From the NCBI RefSeq assembly GCF_035084215.1, contig NC_090370.1, forward strand, positions 25,358,001 to 25,422,000: a DNA stretch of 64,000 nt, in the 5' to 3' direction. This document shows, piece by piece, positions 42,755 through 57,943 of the stretch. This DNA comes from Heptranchias perlo (lineage: Eukaryota). The notes under the pieces were generated by a model, which saw only the letters and a program-made list of their open reading frames with translations, was not told the DNA's origin and did no database searches. The position numbers and the translations under genes were made by a program. Position 1 is the stretch's first letter. Every line of letters starts with the position of its first letter.

Positions 42755-43129
42755 TTACTTGGAGCTGGTGTATTTGGTCACTGCCTTTGTCCCTTCTGAC
42801 ACGGCGTGCTTGGCCAGTTCCCCGGGCAGCAGCAGGCGCACGGCGGTCTGGATCTCCCGGGAGCTGATGGTCGCCCGCTTGTTGTAATGGGCCAGGCGGG
42901 AAGCCTCACCTGCGATGCGCTCGAAAATATCGTTCACAAAGGAGTTCATGATGCTCATGGCCTTGGATGAGATGCCGGTGTCGGGGTGAACCTGCCTCAT
43001 CACTTTGCAGATGTAGATGGAGTAACTCTCCTTCCTCGACTTTCTCCGCTTCTTGCCGCCCTTGCCCGGTGCTTTATTCAAGGTTTTCTTGGCGCCCTTC
43101 TTGGGAGCTGCTTTCTTGTCCTCAGGCAT
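42755..43129 (-). CDS. H2B: Histone H2B (124 aa) with atypical substitutions
   Basis: [15 protein letters not shown]...[26 protein letters not shown]...KYTSSK. Confidence 0.93.
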   Translation of the reverse strand: MPEDKKAAPKKGAKKTLNKAPGKGGKKRRKSRKESYSIYICKVMRQVHPDTGISSKAMSIMNSFVNDIFERIAGEASRLAHYNKRATISSREIQTAVRLLLPGELAKHAVSEGTKAVTKYTSSK

Positions 43130-43569
43130 TTTCAAACTCAATTTCAGACCCAGAAATGACCCAAATCCGCTCCGAGCTCGGATTAAATCGGCAGCCCCAC
43201 AGCCCTATGGTAATGAAGGATGGGTGAAGGTAATGATTGTGATTGGGTCATTGGGAGTGATGCAACGTCGTCTATTATTTTCATTCTCTGATTGGATATC
43301 TGAAGAAACCAATCAGATTTAGTATCTGCCACCAATTACAAACACGCTCACACTGCACATTGTCCGGTTTCAGCAATTTGTTCCGAACTGTTGCAGTTCT
43401 GCTTCCGGCCAGTAGATGTCCCCAAACCCCGGGACAGTGAAGTTTGCAGATGAGAGAGGGACAGAACAGAAACTAATTCTTCACATTATATTGCACGAGT
43501 GGGATTTCGATAAACTGGGAATGGAGAACATTTTGTCAGACAAATCATTAGTTGTAATGCTGTATTAAA

Positions 43570-44560
43570 TGCTTGTAATTAATTTCGGGGTTATAGCCGA
43601 TACTGAGGAAGAATGCAACAAAATACATGAAGACTTTAATAAGCTTGCTGAAAGGCGGTCGAAATGGCCATTGAATTTCCATATAAAAAGGTGTGAGGTG
43701 GTGCATTTTGCTCGGAGAAATAAGGAGGCCACATACTGCTTGGAAATTAAGAGTCTAAATGGGGTGGAAGAACAAAGGGATTTCGGGGTACAGATTGATA
43801 AATGATTAAAAGTAGCAGCACAGGATGATAAGGCCATAAAAAAGCAAACACAGAGGTTTATTTCCAGAGGAATAGAATTGTAAAGCAGGTAAGTTCTGTC
43901 GAACTGTAATTTAAACTGTCAAACCTTTGGCCAAACTGTTAAGCTTTCCTTTTCTGAAATCTGTGCTGAGTATTCTTTGTTATATTTTCGGTTTCTAGAT
44001 GTTTTTCTGTTGCTTCATTGGGTAAAGGATTCCATGATCAATCCTCCCACCGACCTTTAGTTAACTGGTCTTATGTTCCCTAGACTTGTTCTACATCCTG
44101 TTTTAAAATATAAGAGTCACATTAGCTGTCATCCAGTCCTCTGGCACTATTCCTTTTTTGATGATTTTTTCCGATGCATGTAACAATGCCTCTGCTATCT
44201 CTTCCCTTGCTTCATTTAATATGCACAGATGCAATCTATCTGGACCAGGAGTTTAACCACACTTTCGAACATAAATGCCTTGATATCTTTATTGACCTCT
44301 TCCTCTAATATATTCACCCTGTTAATCTCCCGGGTAAATACTGAGGCAAAGTAACAATTCAACATTTCTGCCATTTCGCTGACGTTACCTGTGAGTTTAT
44401 CTTGTGCATCACTTAGTGGCACTCAATCAATTCTGATTTTCCTTTTGTTATTTTTGTGTCAGTGGAACAATTTACTATTTCTTTTTATATTCCTTGATAA
44501 TTTGATTTCCTGGCTCCTGTTTGCTTCCCGAATTGTTTTGTGACTTCTTCCGAGCCTCTT
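43570..44560. mobile_element. Old CR1 fragments (inverted duplicate of 21480-22400)
   Basis: AEMLNCYFASVFTRE on minus; RCEVVHF..EEQRDFGVQI on plus. Confidence 0.75.
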
Positions 44561-44744
44561 CCTATTCGTTTTTGCCATCCTCTTATTTAATATCTATGAA
44601 TGAGAAATTCCACCAGCTTGTTGTGTCTGTTCAGGGGCTGATGTTTGGGAACTATTTATTGTCTATGATTAAAGTGCCAGAAACCCAAAGGGAGCAATTC
44701 AGTCCGAAACTCCACAGAAACACTCCACTTCTCCCTCCTGGTGA

Positions 44745-44817
44745 AATAAGGCGCTATAATGGTGAGTATAGCTGCCTTCCAAGCAGTTCATTCCAACAGG
44801 TTTGAATCCCAGCACGC
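44745..44817 (+). pseudogene. tRNA-Gly(TCC) pseudogene (inverted duplicate of 21226-21296)
   Basis: ggtgagtatagctgccttccaagcagtt...ggtttgaatcccagcacgc. Confidence 0.7.
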
Positions 44818-45579
44818 TGAATTCAGAAACACCAAGACTGGAACTGAATTTGATGATGTTCAGAGGGACAGTGTTTCCAAAACACAAACGGGTTTAATTT
44901 ATATTAAAAATACTTTTAAAATTCATTTATTTCCCGCATAATGTTGAATTTAACTCTGTTCCTTTGTATTATTATTTGCCCTGATCTGTACGGTGGATAC
45001 GAGACACAATTGCTCGGATTCAGTGAAATTAATTGATTTTCGGAAGTTTTTCCTCTGATGATTCCTTTTCCTTATTTAAATTATATCGGATTAACCTTTC
45101 TGATCTATTGAAGGGTCATCGTCCTGAACCGTTAACCTGAGCCTCCCTTCTCCACAGGTGCTGCCGGACCTGCTGAGTCTTTCCAGCATTTTCGGTTTTA
45201 ATTTTTTCTGTATTTTGTCCCTTTCACTTTTGACGGTCGCCGTTGAACCTTCCAGATTTGCGCTCAGTTTTTATTTGTGCTTCAGTTCGGTTTATTTGAA
45301 TTAATATAAATCGTGTCCTGAGAAATCAGACAGAAATATTGTGCAATGGAGAGTGAAATATAATGGGGCAACTTTCGAATGAGCAAAACAAAAACTTTAT
45401 TATGAATCAATTGTCTAATTTTTCACTGAAAAACATGAAAAAATCTGAGAGTAGAAGTTACAGAGAGAAACTATTTCCTCACATTGCACATTGTCCTGAA
45501 TCTGAAACAACGACAGATGATGTGAATTTATTCCACTTTGTTACAGTTCTCACTTATGGCCAGTAGGTGTCAGATTGTA

Positions 45580-47420
45580 TGTGAGTGTGAGAGTAATTCT
45601 CTGTCTGTCAGTTTCTGGTACTGTGTGTGAGCGTGGGATTAATTCTGTATCCGTCAGTCGCCAGTTCAGTCTGTGAGTGTGGGATTCATTCTGTCTCTGT
45701 CAATCTGTGGGAATGTGTGTGAGTGTGGGATTCATTCTGTATCTGTCAATCTGTGGGAATGTGTGTGAGTGTGGGATTCATTCTGTATCTGTCAATCTGT
45801 GGTATTTTATCTCAGTGTAGGATTCATTCTGTACCTCAGTCTCTGGGCAAAGTGCAAGTCTGGATTCGTTCTGTATTCTTATTTCAGGCTGCAGTATGGT
45901 GCTTGAAACTGTATCTTTAATTCACTAATTTATGCAAATCTTTTGTGTAGCATTAATTTGTAAATATGGATACACTTTTGGATTTTGTTTCAATCAAACA
46001 ACGTGTGGGAGTTTTTTTGTCGGATTATATCTTAATCTCTGTGATGATAATGTACACTTCAGTCTTTTACTGTGAAATTATTGGACTGGTATTTATGGTG
46101 TCGCTCAGTCAGTACTAATGGAATTGACACTCTTTCTTTCAGTCTGATACGGTATGAGATATTTGGACTCGTGTGTAAGGTGCAGCTCACTCTGTACTCA
46201 TGGAATTGACACTCTTTCTTTCAGTCTGACACTGTATGAGATTTTTGGACTGGTGTGTAATGTGTGGTTCAGTCTGCACGAATGGAATTGACATTCCAAC
46301 TTTCAGTCAGACACTGCAAGAGATTTTTGGTCTCGTTTGTAATGTGTAGCTTAGCCTACATTAATAGGATTCATGCTGTATGTTTCAGTTTGATAAAGTA
46401 TCAGATTTTTGGACGGTATATAATGTGTAGCTCAGTCTGCACTAATGGAATTTATACTGTACCTTTCAATCTGATACAAACCAGCCTAAATATATTACAC
46501 AGTAAGGTGTAGTTCAGTCTGCACTAATGGAATTGATACTGTATCTTTCAATTTGTTACTGAATGTGACTTTTGGACTGGTATCTAATGTATACCTCAGT
46601 CTGCACTAATGGGATTGATACTGTATCTTACAGTCTGATACTGTGTGAGATTTCTATACTGGTATGTAACATGTAGGTCAGTCTGTACTAATCACATCGA
46701 TACCATATCTTTCAGTCTGATATTGTACCCGATTTTTGGACAGGTATCTGATGTGAACGTCTGTATGCAGTAAAGGAATTGATACTGTACTTTCAGTTTG
46801 ACACAATGTGATTTTTGAACAGGTAACTAATGTGTACCTCAGTCTGCACGAATGGGAATGATACTCTATCTTCCAGTACAATAATTCATGTGAATATTGG
46901 TCTTGTATATAATGTGTAGCTCAATCTGCACTTATGGAAGTTATACTGTATCATTCAACTTGGCACTGTGATTTTTGGACTGGTATGTGATGTGTTGCTC
47001 AGTCTGCACAATTGGGGTTGATACTGTGTCTTTCAGTCTTATACTGTATGAGAATTTTGGACTGGTATCTAATGTGTACCTCAGTCTGCAGTGAATGAAT
47101 TGAAACTGTACATTTCATTCTGACACTATGAGGTTTTTGGACATATATGTGAGTCAACTATGGGTAACATCTGAACTGGTATCTAATTTGTATCTCAGTG
47201 TACAATAGTGGCATGAATATTGCATCTTTAAACTTATAATGAGTGTGAGTTGTGGGCTGGTATTTAATTTGAATCTTGGGGTGCATGATTGTGATTCATT
47301 CTGTACCTATCAATCAGTCCAATGTGTCAATTCTATCTGGTATTTAATTTGTAGCTAAGGCTGAACTAATGTGAGATTGACAGAGTGCCTTTCAATCTGA
47401 TACTGGGTGTGATTTTAGAC
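45580..47420. repeat. Composite 46/82-bp satellite array, inverted
   Basis: gagtgtgggattcattctgtatctgtc and cagtctgcactaatggaattgatactgtatctttca units. Confidence 0.9.
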
Positions 47421-48889
47421 TGGAAATTATTTATCTGCCGGTCAGCTGTAATGAATCGTTGTGAAATGGAAATTACATCTGTCTCTCCTGCTCTGTTTCA
47501 CTGTTGGATTGGGATCAGTGTGGGACTGACTATTTCTGCTGTCTGAGACTGTGGGACTGATGACCTGTCTGTGTCTCTGTGCTCTGTGAGTGATAATGTA
47601 CTTACTGTGTGTGAGAAGGAGCTGGCTGCACTGACTGCTCCTTGTGCCTCGGGTGGAGTAAACATCACACTGATTCTGGGTCCTTCAAGGATTTGACTGT
47701 CGGAAGAAAAAGATTCTCTTGTAATTCAAGAACAGGTGAAATAGAAAATACAAAAGTGATCAATTGAATCTCTCCGTTAATAATCATTGTAATAACCACA
47801 AATGAAAACCAGCGATACAAACAGTGTCAGTGTCTGACTCCACTGCAGTACTGCAGCTCTCAGCTTCTGCACACCAGGTGTGTTGGGCAGTTTTACAACA
47901 ATTTAGTGACATCCAGACACAACCCAACCCCTGCACTGATCCATGAATGGGACTACCCGATGGGGCGGGGACCTTTGATCATATCAGATTTCTGTTTCCC
48001 ACTCCCTTGGGACAAACCATTGAACTGAAACAAAACAGACGCTGTTTAAAATGTGTCCTTCAACCTTCTCACCTGATGTCTGCCATAGATGCTCTTTGTT
48101 TCACTCCCCATATCCTTACTGTCCGGCTCTGTTTACTTTTCAGAAACAAACACTACAGGTTAATGGGCAGGTTTAAAAAATCAGATTTAGTACCTGCCAC
48201 CAATCACAAACACGCTCACACTGCACATTGTCCGGTTTCAGCAATTTGTTCCGACCAGTTCTGCTTCCGGCCAGTAGATGTCCCCAAACCCCGGGACAGT
48301 GAAGTTTGCAGATGAGAGAGGGACAGAACAGAAACTAATTCTTCACATTATATTGCACGAGTGGGATTTAGAAAAATTGGGAATGGAGGCGAGCTGCAAG
48401 TACATTTTGTTAGACCAAACATTAGTTGTAACGCAGTGTTAAATTCTTGTAATTGATTTAGGAGGTATTGTCAACACTGAGGAAGACAGCGGCAAAATAA
48501 ACTTGCAGAATGGCTGTGTAAATGGCCAGTGAATTTCAATATCGAAAGGTTTGCGGTGCTGCATTTCGCTGGAGGGAATAAGGAGGCCACATACTGCTTG
48601 AAAAATTACAGTCTAAATGGGATAGAGGAACAATGTAAATCGTATCCTGAGAAATCAGAGAGAAATACTGCGCAATGTGGCAAATTCACAACTATTGAAC
48701 GAGTGGAACAAAAACTTTATTATGAATAAATTGTCTTCATTTTTCACTGTCAAAAAGTGCAAAAATTCGAGAGTAAAAGTTACAGACAGAAACTTTCCTC
48801 AAAATGCACATTGTCCTGTTTCTCTCACCACGACAGATAATGTGAATTTGATCCGCTCTTTTACAGTTCTCGCTTACGTCCATTAGAGG

Positions 48890-51800
48890 TCAGTCTCAGG
48901 TACTGTATATGAGAGTGGGGTTTATTGTGTATCTGTCTGTCTCTGGTACTGTGCGTGAGTTTGGGATTCTTTCTGTATCTGTCAGTCTCTGGTGCTGAGT
49001 GTGAGCATGGGGTATATTCTGCATCTGTCACTCTCAGGTACTATATATAAGTGATGGATTCGTTCTGTATCTGTCAGTCTCAAGTGCTTTATGTGAGTTT
49101 GGGAATAATTCTGTATCTGTCAGTCTCTGGTACTGTCTGTGTGTGGGGGGGATACATTCTGTATCTGCCATTCTCTGCTACTTTATCTCAGTGAGGGATT
49201 CATTCTGTAATTCAGTCTCTGAGACAATGTGCAAGTCTGGATTCATTTTGGGTTCTTATTTCAGTTTACAGTATCGTATTTGAAACTGTATCTTTACCAC
49301 TTCAAAGTAGATACAGTTCTTCGTCGAGTATTTGATTTGTTAATATAGATACACTTTTCGATTTTCTTTAATCAAGCACCATGTGTGAGTTTTGGCTCAG
49401 TGTTACATCTTAATCTCTGAACTCTATTGTGAATGATAATGTACCTTTCAATCTGTTCACGTTGAAATTACTGGACTGGTATATAATGTGTCGTTCAAAC
49501 TGCAATAATGGGATTAATTCTGCATCTGAGTCTAACACTGTATGAGATATTTGGACTGGTGAGTAACATATAGCTCAGTCTGTGCTAATGGAATCGATAT
49601 TGTATCTTTGAGTCTGATATTGTATGAGATTGTTGGACTGCTCTATAATGTGTGGCTCAGTCTGCACGAATAGAATCGATACGGTATCTTTCAGTCTAAA
49701 AGTGTATGAGATTGTTGGACTGTTATATAATGTTAAGCTAATAGAATTTGAACGATATCTTCCAGTCTGATCATCTATTTGATTTTTGGACTCGTATGCA
49801 ATGTGTAGCTCAGTCTGTACCAATGGTATTGATAATGTTTATTTCAGTATAACACGAGTATTTACCAATATATCGAATATGTAGCTCGGTCTGCACCAAT
49901 GGAATTGATACTGTATCTTTCAATCTGACCCTATGAGATTTTTGGACTGGTATGTAATGTGTAGCTCAGTCCGCAGTAATGCGAGTGTGAGATTCATTCT
50001 GTATCTGTCAGACTCTGGTACTTTGCGTGAGTGTGAGATTCATTCTACAACTGTCAGACTCTGGAACTGTGTGTGAGTGTGGGATTCATTCTGTATCTGT
50101 CAGTCTCTGATGCTGTGTGTGAGTGTGGGATTCATTCTGTATCTGTCTGTCTCTGGTGCTGTGTGTGAGTGTGAGATTCATTCTACAACTGTCAGACTCT
50201 GGTACTGTGCATGAGTGAGATTCATTCTGTTCCTGGTACTGTATGTGAGTGTAGGATTCATTCTATATCTGTCAGTCTCTGGTACTGGCTGTGAGCATGG
50301 GGTATATTCTGCATCTCTCAGTCTCAGGAGTACTATATATCAGTGATGGATTCATTCTGTATCTGTCAGTCTCTGATACTGAGTGTGAGTGTGGGATTCA
50401 TTCTGTGTCTGTCAGTCTCTGGTACTTTATCTCAGTGTGGGATTCATTCTTTAATTCAGTATCTTCCAGTCTGAACATTTGAGGTTTTTGAACGAGTATG
50501 TAATGTGTAGCTCAGTCTGTATCAATGGTATTGATACTGTTTATTTCAGTATAATACTCTGAGTATTTACCAATATATCAATATATCTAATATGTAGCTC
50601 AGTCTGCACTAGTGGATTTGATACTGTATCTTTCAATCTGACACAATGAGATTTTTGCTCTGGTACGTAATTTGTAACTCAGCCTGCACTAATGTAGGTG
50701 ACTATGAGATTCACTTTGTATCTCTCAGTCTCTTGGTACTGCGTGTGAGTGTGGGATTCATGCTGCATCTGTCACTCCCTGGTACTCAATTTAACTGTGG
50801 GATTCATTCAGTATATACATTCTCTAGTACTGTGTGTGGGTGTTGAATTACATCCATATATGCAGTTTCTCATAATTTATGTTAGTATGGGATTCATTCA
50901 GTATCTGCCATTCTCAGGTACTGTGTGTGAGTGTGGGATTCATTCAGTATCTGTCAGTCTCTGGTGCTGTGTGTGAGCGTGGGATTCATTCTGTATCTGT
51001 CTGTCTCTGGTGCTGTGTGTGAGCGTGGGATTCATTCTGTATCTCTCAGTCTCTGGTACTGTTTGTGAGTGTGGGATTCATTCTGTATCTGTCTGTCTCT
51101 GGTGATGTGAGTGAGTGTGGGATTCATTCTGTATCTGTCAGTCTCTGGTACTGTTTGTGAGTGTGGGATTCATTCTGTATTTGTCTGTCTCTGGTGCTGT
51201 GTGTGAGTGTGGGATTCATTCTGTATTTGTCTGTCTCTGGTGCTGTGTGTGAGTGTGGGATTCATTCTGTATCTGTCAGTCTCTGGTACAGTGTGTGAGT
51301 GTGGGATTCATACTTTACCTCTCAGTCCCTAGTGCTTTATGAGATTGTGGGATGAACTCAGTACCTGTCAGTCCTTGGTGCTGTATGCCTGTGTGGGATT
51401 CATTCTGTATCTATCATGTCTGGTACCATATTTGAGTGTGGTACTTACTCTGTGTCTGTCTGTCTCTCGTACTGTATGTGAGTGTGGGATTCATTCTGTG
51501 TCTGTGTGTCTCTGTACTGTATCTGTGTGAGAGATTCATTCTGTATCTGTACATAGTTATTCTCTCAGATTACATTATCATGTTCAATATTGTAGGATTA
51601 GTACCTTAATGCTTAAATAGTTTTTCTCATTATTTAATTGGTAAATATGGACACACTTTAGAATTTGATGCTGGAGCTTTTAATCTGATAATTTGTGTGC
51701 TTTTTGAACTACTATTAAACCTGTATCTCTGTGAGTAATATTGTGAATGATAATGTATCTTTCAAAATGATATGGTGACATTTTGGAATTGGTCTATAAT

Positions 51801-52110
51801 GTGTAGATCTGTCTGCTCGAAAGGAATTGATACTGCATCTCTAAATTTTATTTGAGAATATTTTTGGACTCATGTGTAATGTGTATCTCAGTCTGTGCTA
51901 ATAGAATTGATACTGTATCTTTAAATCTCATACTATGAGTATATTATAAACTGGTATCTAATTTGTTTCTCAGGTTACACTGTCACAGCATTTCTCAATC
52001 TGATACTGTACATGAGTTTTGACTTGCAATTTGTATCTCTTGATACGCTATTCAAATGGATACTGCATTAATTAAACTCACGTGTTTGTGAGAGTTCTGG
52101 GCTGGTATTC
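48890..52110. repeat. Composite 46/82-bp satellite array, inverted
   Basis: Same units; reverse-complement counterpart of 33290-38760. Confidence 0.9.
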
Positions 52111-52119
52111 AATTTGGTC

Positions 52120-53253
52120 GGTTGTTATATAAAGTTAAATTTCACGGGATCCAAGGTGAGGTAGCCAATTGGATAAAAAAATTGGCTTGGCGACAGAAGA
52201 CAGAGGGTGGTTGTGGAGGGTTGTTTTTCAAACTGGAGGCCTGTGACCAGCGGTGTGCCTCAGGGATCGGTGCTGCGTCCGCTGTTATTTGTTATGTATA
52301 TTAATGATTTGGATGAGAATTTAGGAGGCATGGTTAGTAAGTTTGCAGATGACACCAAGATTGGTGGCATTGTGGACAGTGAAGAAGGTTATCTAGGATT
52401 GCAACGGGATCTTGATAAATTGGGCCAGTGGGCCGATGAAAGGCAGATAGAGTTTAATTTAGATAAATGTGAGGTGATGCATTTTGGTAGATCGAATCAG
52501 GCCAGGACCTACTCCGTTAACGGTCGGGCGTTGGGGAGAGTTATAGAACAAAGAGATCTAGGAGTACAGGTTCATAGCTCCTTGAAAGTGGAGTCACAGG
52601 TGGATGGGGTGGTGAAGAAGGCATTCAGCATGCTTGGTTTCATTGGTCAGAACATTGAATACAGGAGTTGGGATGTCTTGTTGAAGTTGTACAAGACATT
52701 AGTAAGGCCACACTTGGAATACTGTGTACAGTTCTGGTCACCCTATTATAGAAAGGATATTATTAAACTAGAAAGAGTGCAGAAAAGATTTACTGGGATG
52801 CTACCGGGACTTGATGGTTTGACTTATCGGGAGAGGTTGGATAGACTGAGACTTTTTTCCCTGGAGAGTAGGAGTTCTAGGGGTGATCTTATAGAAGTCC
52901 ATAAAATAATGAGGGGCATAGATAAGGTAGATAGTCAAAATCTTTTCCCAAAGGTAGGGGAGTCTATAACGAGGGGACATAGATTTAAGGTGAGAGGGGA
53001 GAGATACAAAAGGGTCCAGAGGGGCAATTTTTTCACTCAAAGGGTGGTGATTGTCTGGAACGAGCTGCCAGAGGCAGTAGTAGAGGCGGGTACAATTTTG
53101 TCTTTTAAAAAGCATTTGGACAGTTACATGGGTAAGATGGGTATCGAGGGATATGGTCCAAGTGCAGGCAATTGGGTCTAGCTTAGTGGTATCAACTGGG
53201 CGACATGGACATGTTGGGCTGAAGGGCCTGTTTCCATGTTGTAACTTCTATGA
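52120..53253 (+). mobile_element. CR1 LINE 3' part with uninterrupted 324-aa RT C-terminal frame
   Basis: ORF 52207-53181: SGVPQGSVL.PLLF, FADDTKIGG, LVRPHLEYC, FFTQRVV..WN.LP; tail gggcgacatggacatgttggg. Confidence 0.95.
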
Positions 53254-54230
53254 TAATCTCGGGGTATCTGGTATTTAATCCATGGCTAATGTTGCCCTTT
53301 TGTGAAATTGACATCCTGAAAGCGTGACTTTGTACTGGGATTTTTGTATCTTCCTGTCAGCAGGACTGAGTTCGGGGGAAATGGAAACAGCGTCTGCCTC
53401 ACCTGCTCTGTTTGACTGTTGGATTGAAAATGTGTCTCTGGAACCTGGGATCAGTGTGGGACTGACCGCTTCTGCTGTCTGAGACTGTGGACCTGATTAC
53501 TGTCTGTGTCTCTGTGCTCTGTGAGTGACAATATACCTACTGTGTGTGAGAAGGAGCTGGCTGCACTGTTCCTTTGCCTCGGGTGGAGGAAACTTCACAT
53601 TCATTCTGGATCCTTCAAATATTTGCCTGCAGAAAGAAACGTATCTCTTGTAACTCAAGAACAAGTGAGGTAGAAAATGCAAAAGTGATCAGTTTAATAT
53701 CTCTGTTAATAATTATTTTTAATGTTCACAAATGATTTCCAGTGATACAAACAGTGTCAGTGTCTAACTCCACTGCAGTACTGCAGCTCTCAGCTTCTGT
53801 ACACCAGGTGTGTTGGGCGGTTTTAAAAGAATTTAGTAACATCCAGACACAACCCAACCCCTGCACTGATCCATGAATGGGACTACCCGATGGGGCAGGG
53901 AGCTTTGTACCGGTCAGGTTTCTAATCCCCTCTCCCATGGGACTAACCGTTCAACTGAAAGCAAACAGCCGCTGTTCAAAATGTGTCCTTCACACTTCTC
54001 ACCTGGTGCCTGCAATTGATGCTCTTTGTTTCACTCCCCACATCTGTTTCCACTCTTCACTGTCCAATAACAATAAACAGAGTGAGACTGGAACTAAACC
54101 AGCACCATTCACTCCTGGTTTGGGGAGAGAAAGCAGCAATGGTTTTAATAGCAGGTTCTTCCCATTCTCTCTCCCTCACTCTGGACACACCCTGTGCACA
54201 CACAGCCCGAGAATGACCTCTTCCTTCCCC

Positions 54231-54575
54231 GCTCACTCCATGTTCCGGGACCAGTTCCTGATCCACTCCGCCTCTTACAAACAGCCCCCGGACTCCCCCT
54301 GACCTTCCCCCGGACTCAATGCCGATCTCTGAGCCCATCTGCGGACACGGTCCCGAAGCGATGAGCTGCTGTAACGAGGCTGCTCTTTGCTCCCTTCCCC
54401 CGGGGGCCGTGATCTCTCCATTCCCGGCTGTTTTTAACCATCTTCTTCCGCTCACTGAGGGAATGTCGCCCACAGGCCGAGCTGGGGGAGGGGAGCGCGC
54501 ATGCGCTCTTCTGCTCACCAGCAAGCAGCGCTGGGGGCGGGGCTGAATCGCGCATGCGCAGATATCTGGTTTAAT
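54231..54575 (-). promoter_or_regulatory. CpG-rich promoter and putative first exon, module copy D
   Basis: Reverse complement of 17300-17646; GCGCATGCGC motifs near 54497 and 54551; donor at 54237/54236. Confidence 0.6.
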
Positions 54576-55906
54576 TCCCAACACAAAAATCGATGGAAAC
54601 TTTCCCCAATTGGAATTTTTCAGAGTCTGAGCAAAGGAAGTGGGGGAAAGGTCAGAGGGAATGGGGTCCACAGGCAGTGCAGGAACAGGCACCAGAATGG
54701 GAAACAGATGGGATTCCACCAGTGCCTGACGCTGGAATCCAGACTGACTTTACAATCTCCAACGATTAAACTGGATGTTTCCATCCCTGCTGTTTCTCTC
54801 GGTATATTTTGATGGTAAAGGGGCTTTCACAGATAAAGTGGGACGTTTTGAAATGAGACAATGGGTTCTGTTCATTCTTGGCCCCTTTACTAATTAAGTA
54901 ACGTGTGACTCCGAAACTGAAGGCAGGATTTCTCAAACCAATCCTGGAGAAACATGGGAGAAAAATGGGAGTCGGTGTATTTGCTGGGACCGTGTGGGAT
55001 TAACCTCAGACGGCAACAGTCCCAGATTAATATAATCAGAGTGAAACTCAGGAACACTGAGAGTAATAGCGAACGGAACTGGTCTGCAAAACCGAATATA
55101 GTGCAACAGGCAAGAGAGGGTTAAATTCGGCCCACATTGTTTTTCTCACTCTCTGCACTGTCTCTGAGTGTGGGATTAATAGTGTGTCCGTCTCTGGTAT
55201 ATCAGTGAGAGATAAGAATGCATCTTCTGTCTCTCCAACGGGATTTTCTGGATAAAGCGCAACCTCACAGGTCAGTCTGGAACTGATACTGTGGCACTGT
55301 GCCTCTCCGCTCGCTCTCTCACCGTATTTGTCTTCCTTTCTCTCTCACTCTCTGATGCTCGATATGAAGGTTGGATACAGATATTGAGCGTGATATGAAC
55401 ACACTGATAGGAAGTGTAAGACTGACAGGCTCTGTCTCTCTCTCTAGTGCTGGACATGATCCCCATATGGAACCAACGCGGGTCGGTGGACTCGAAACAC
55501 GGTTTACCAGTCAACAAGGCGAAAGGCGAGTAATATTTCTGATCTCCTGGGCACCAGGCCGTTCACTGTTATTTGTTTCTGTACAGAGTTACATTTCAGT
55601 GATTCCCCAGTGAGTTTGATGCGTTATGTAAATAATCCAACAAAATAGAACAGAAACGGAGTGAAGCGCTGAATGCCGCAGATGTAGAAAGGTTAGTCGA
55701 GCAGTTCTGGTGATGCTTTACGAGCCCAGCATGGGGTCCATAAGTCACCGTTTAAAGTACCGGACTGTGGTCGGTGCCCCGACTCCAGTCCCATTAATAC
55801 CTCATCTCGTCCACACCGAGACAAAAGCAGCTCAAAGCAGCACTGGTAGCATGATATCAGCGTCTCCCTTCAGACAGTAACCAGCCCTTTCACAGATACA
55901 GTGGGT

Positions 55907-55922
55907 GGCTCTGAAAAGAGCC
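55907..55922 (-). terminator. Histone stem-loop separated from its H2A pseudogene by CR1
   Basis: Reverse complement GGCTCTTTTCAGAGCC-ACCCA about 1 kb downstream of the stop at 56979. Confidence 0.9.
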
Positions 55923-55924
55923 TT

Positions 55925-56945
55925 TACATCGAGTTACATCGAAACTACGGCACAGAACCAGGCCATTCGGCCCAATTGGTCTATGCCGGCGTTTATGCTG
56001 CTCACGCGCCTCCTCCTTCCGTACTTCATCTAACCCTATCGGCATATCCTTCTATTCCTTTCTCTCTCATGTGCTGATCTATCTTCCCCTTAAATGCATC
56101 TATGCTATTGGCCTCAGCTATCCTAAGAAACCCTATCATTAATTAAAATCAGCCTTGTCTTTTCTAATGAAACGAGACCCAGTCTGCTCAGCCTTTCCTG
56201 ATAAGAATATCCTCTCATTTCTTGTATCATCCTTGTGAATCTTTTTTTGCATCTTCTCCAATGCCCCTATGTCTGTAATATGGTGACCAGAAATGTTCGC
56301 AGTATTCCAAATGTGGTCGAACCAAGATTCCATACTAGTTTAACATAACTTCTTAGCTTTTCAATTCTATCCCTCCAGAAATTAATCCCAGTGTTTGATT
56401 TGCCTTTTTATCACCAGCGTCGCTACTTTCAGTAATTTGTTCATCTGCACCATGAGATCCCTTTGCTCCTCTATCCCGTTTCGACTCTTATTATCCAAAC
56501 AGTATGTGATCTCCTTATTCTTCATTCTGCAAGTTTATTAATGTCCTCTTGAATTTTGACACATTCTTCCTTTGTATTAAATACACCCCCCAATTTGATG
56601 TCATCGGCAAATTTTGAAATTGTACATCCGATTCCGGAATCCAAATCATTATTGTAAATTGTGAAGAACAGTGGTCCCAGCACCGATCCCTGTGGAATTC
56701 CACTTCCCAACTTTTGCCAGTCTGAGTACCGACCCTGGACCTCTATTCTCGGTTTTCTGTTTTGTCGCCAGCTTCCGATCCATTCCACCACCTGTCCACT
56801 GACTCCACGTGCTCTGAACTCAGCCATGAGTCTACAATGTGGTACATTATCGAAGGCCTTCGGAAAATCCAAATCTATCACATCTACGACATGAACCTTG
56901 TCTTTCTGTTCCTTCCTCAAATGATTTAATAAGTTTGTTCGTGTC
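55925..56945 (-). mobile_element. CR1 LINE fragment(s) in the H2A pseudogene 3' UTR
   Basis: DVIDLDFPKAFDNVPH, SGIPQGSVLGPLFF, FADDIKLGG. Confidence 0.9.
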
Positions 56946-56978
56946 CTTGCCCTGTTATTAGATTAAATCTTGGCCGCT

Positions 56979-57499
<521 letters not shown>

Positions 57500-57943
57500 T
57501 CACTGATATTCTATCTTTCAACTGCTGTAATATTGTCCTTTAGCAATATTGCTACTCCTCCTCCTTTCCCTGCTTCTCTGTCCTTTCTAAAGATCTTATA
57601 GACTTGAATATTAAGCTGCCATTTGTGCCCAGTTGGTAGTCAGGTCTCAGTAATGATTTCATGAATTATTTAACTTTACTCGATGGCTGATATGTGTTGC
57701 GGCAAAGTGTATTTCCACTGGTCAAGTATTGCAGGGATCGACGATCTCTTCAGTCCGATATCAGGTGAAGAATTACTGGCTGTTGTGTAATTTCCATTGA
57801 TTGGGGCTTGGCGTCATCGACTGGACGGAAACGGGAACTGCAACAGAGCGAGAAAAGATCCGTCAGAAACCAGTTTAAAGTAAGAACAAAATGTGTGTTC
57901 AGGATCGAATGGGTAAAAACTATTTTATTGATGATTATTTCCA

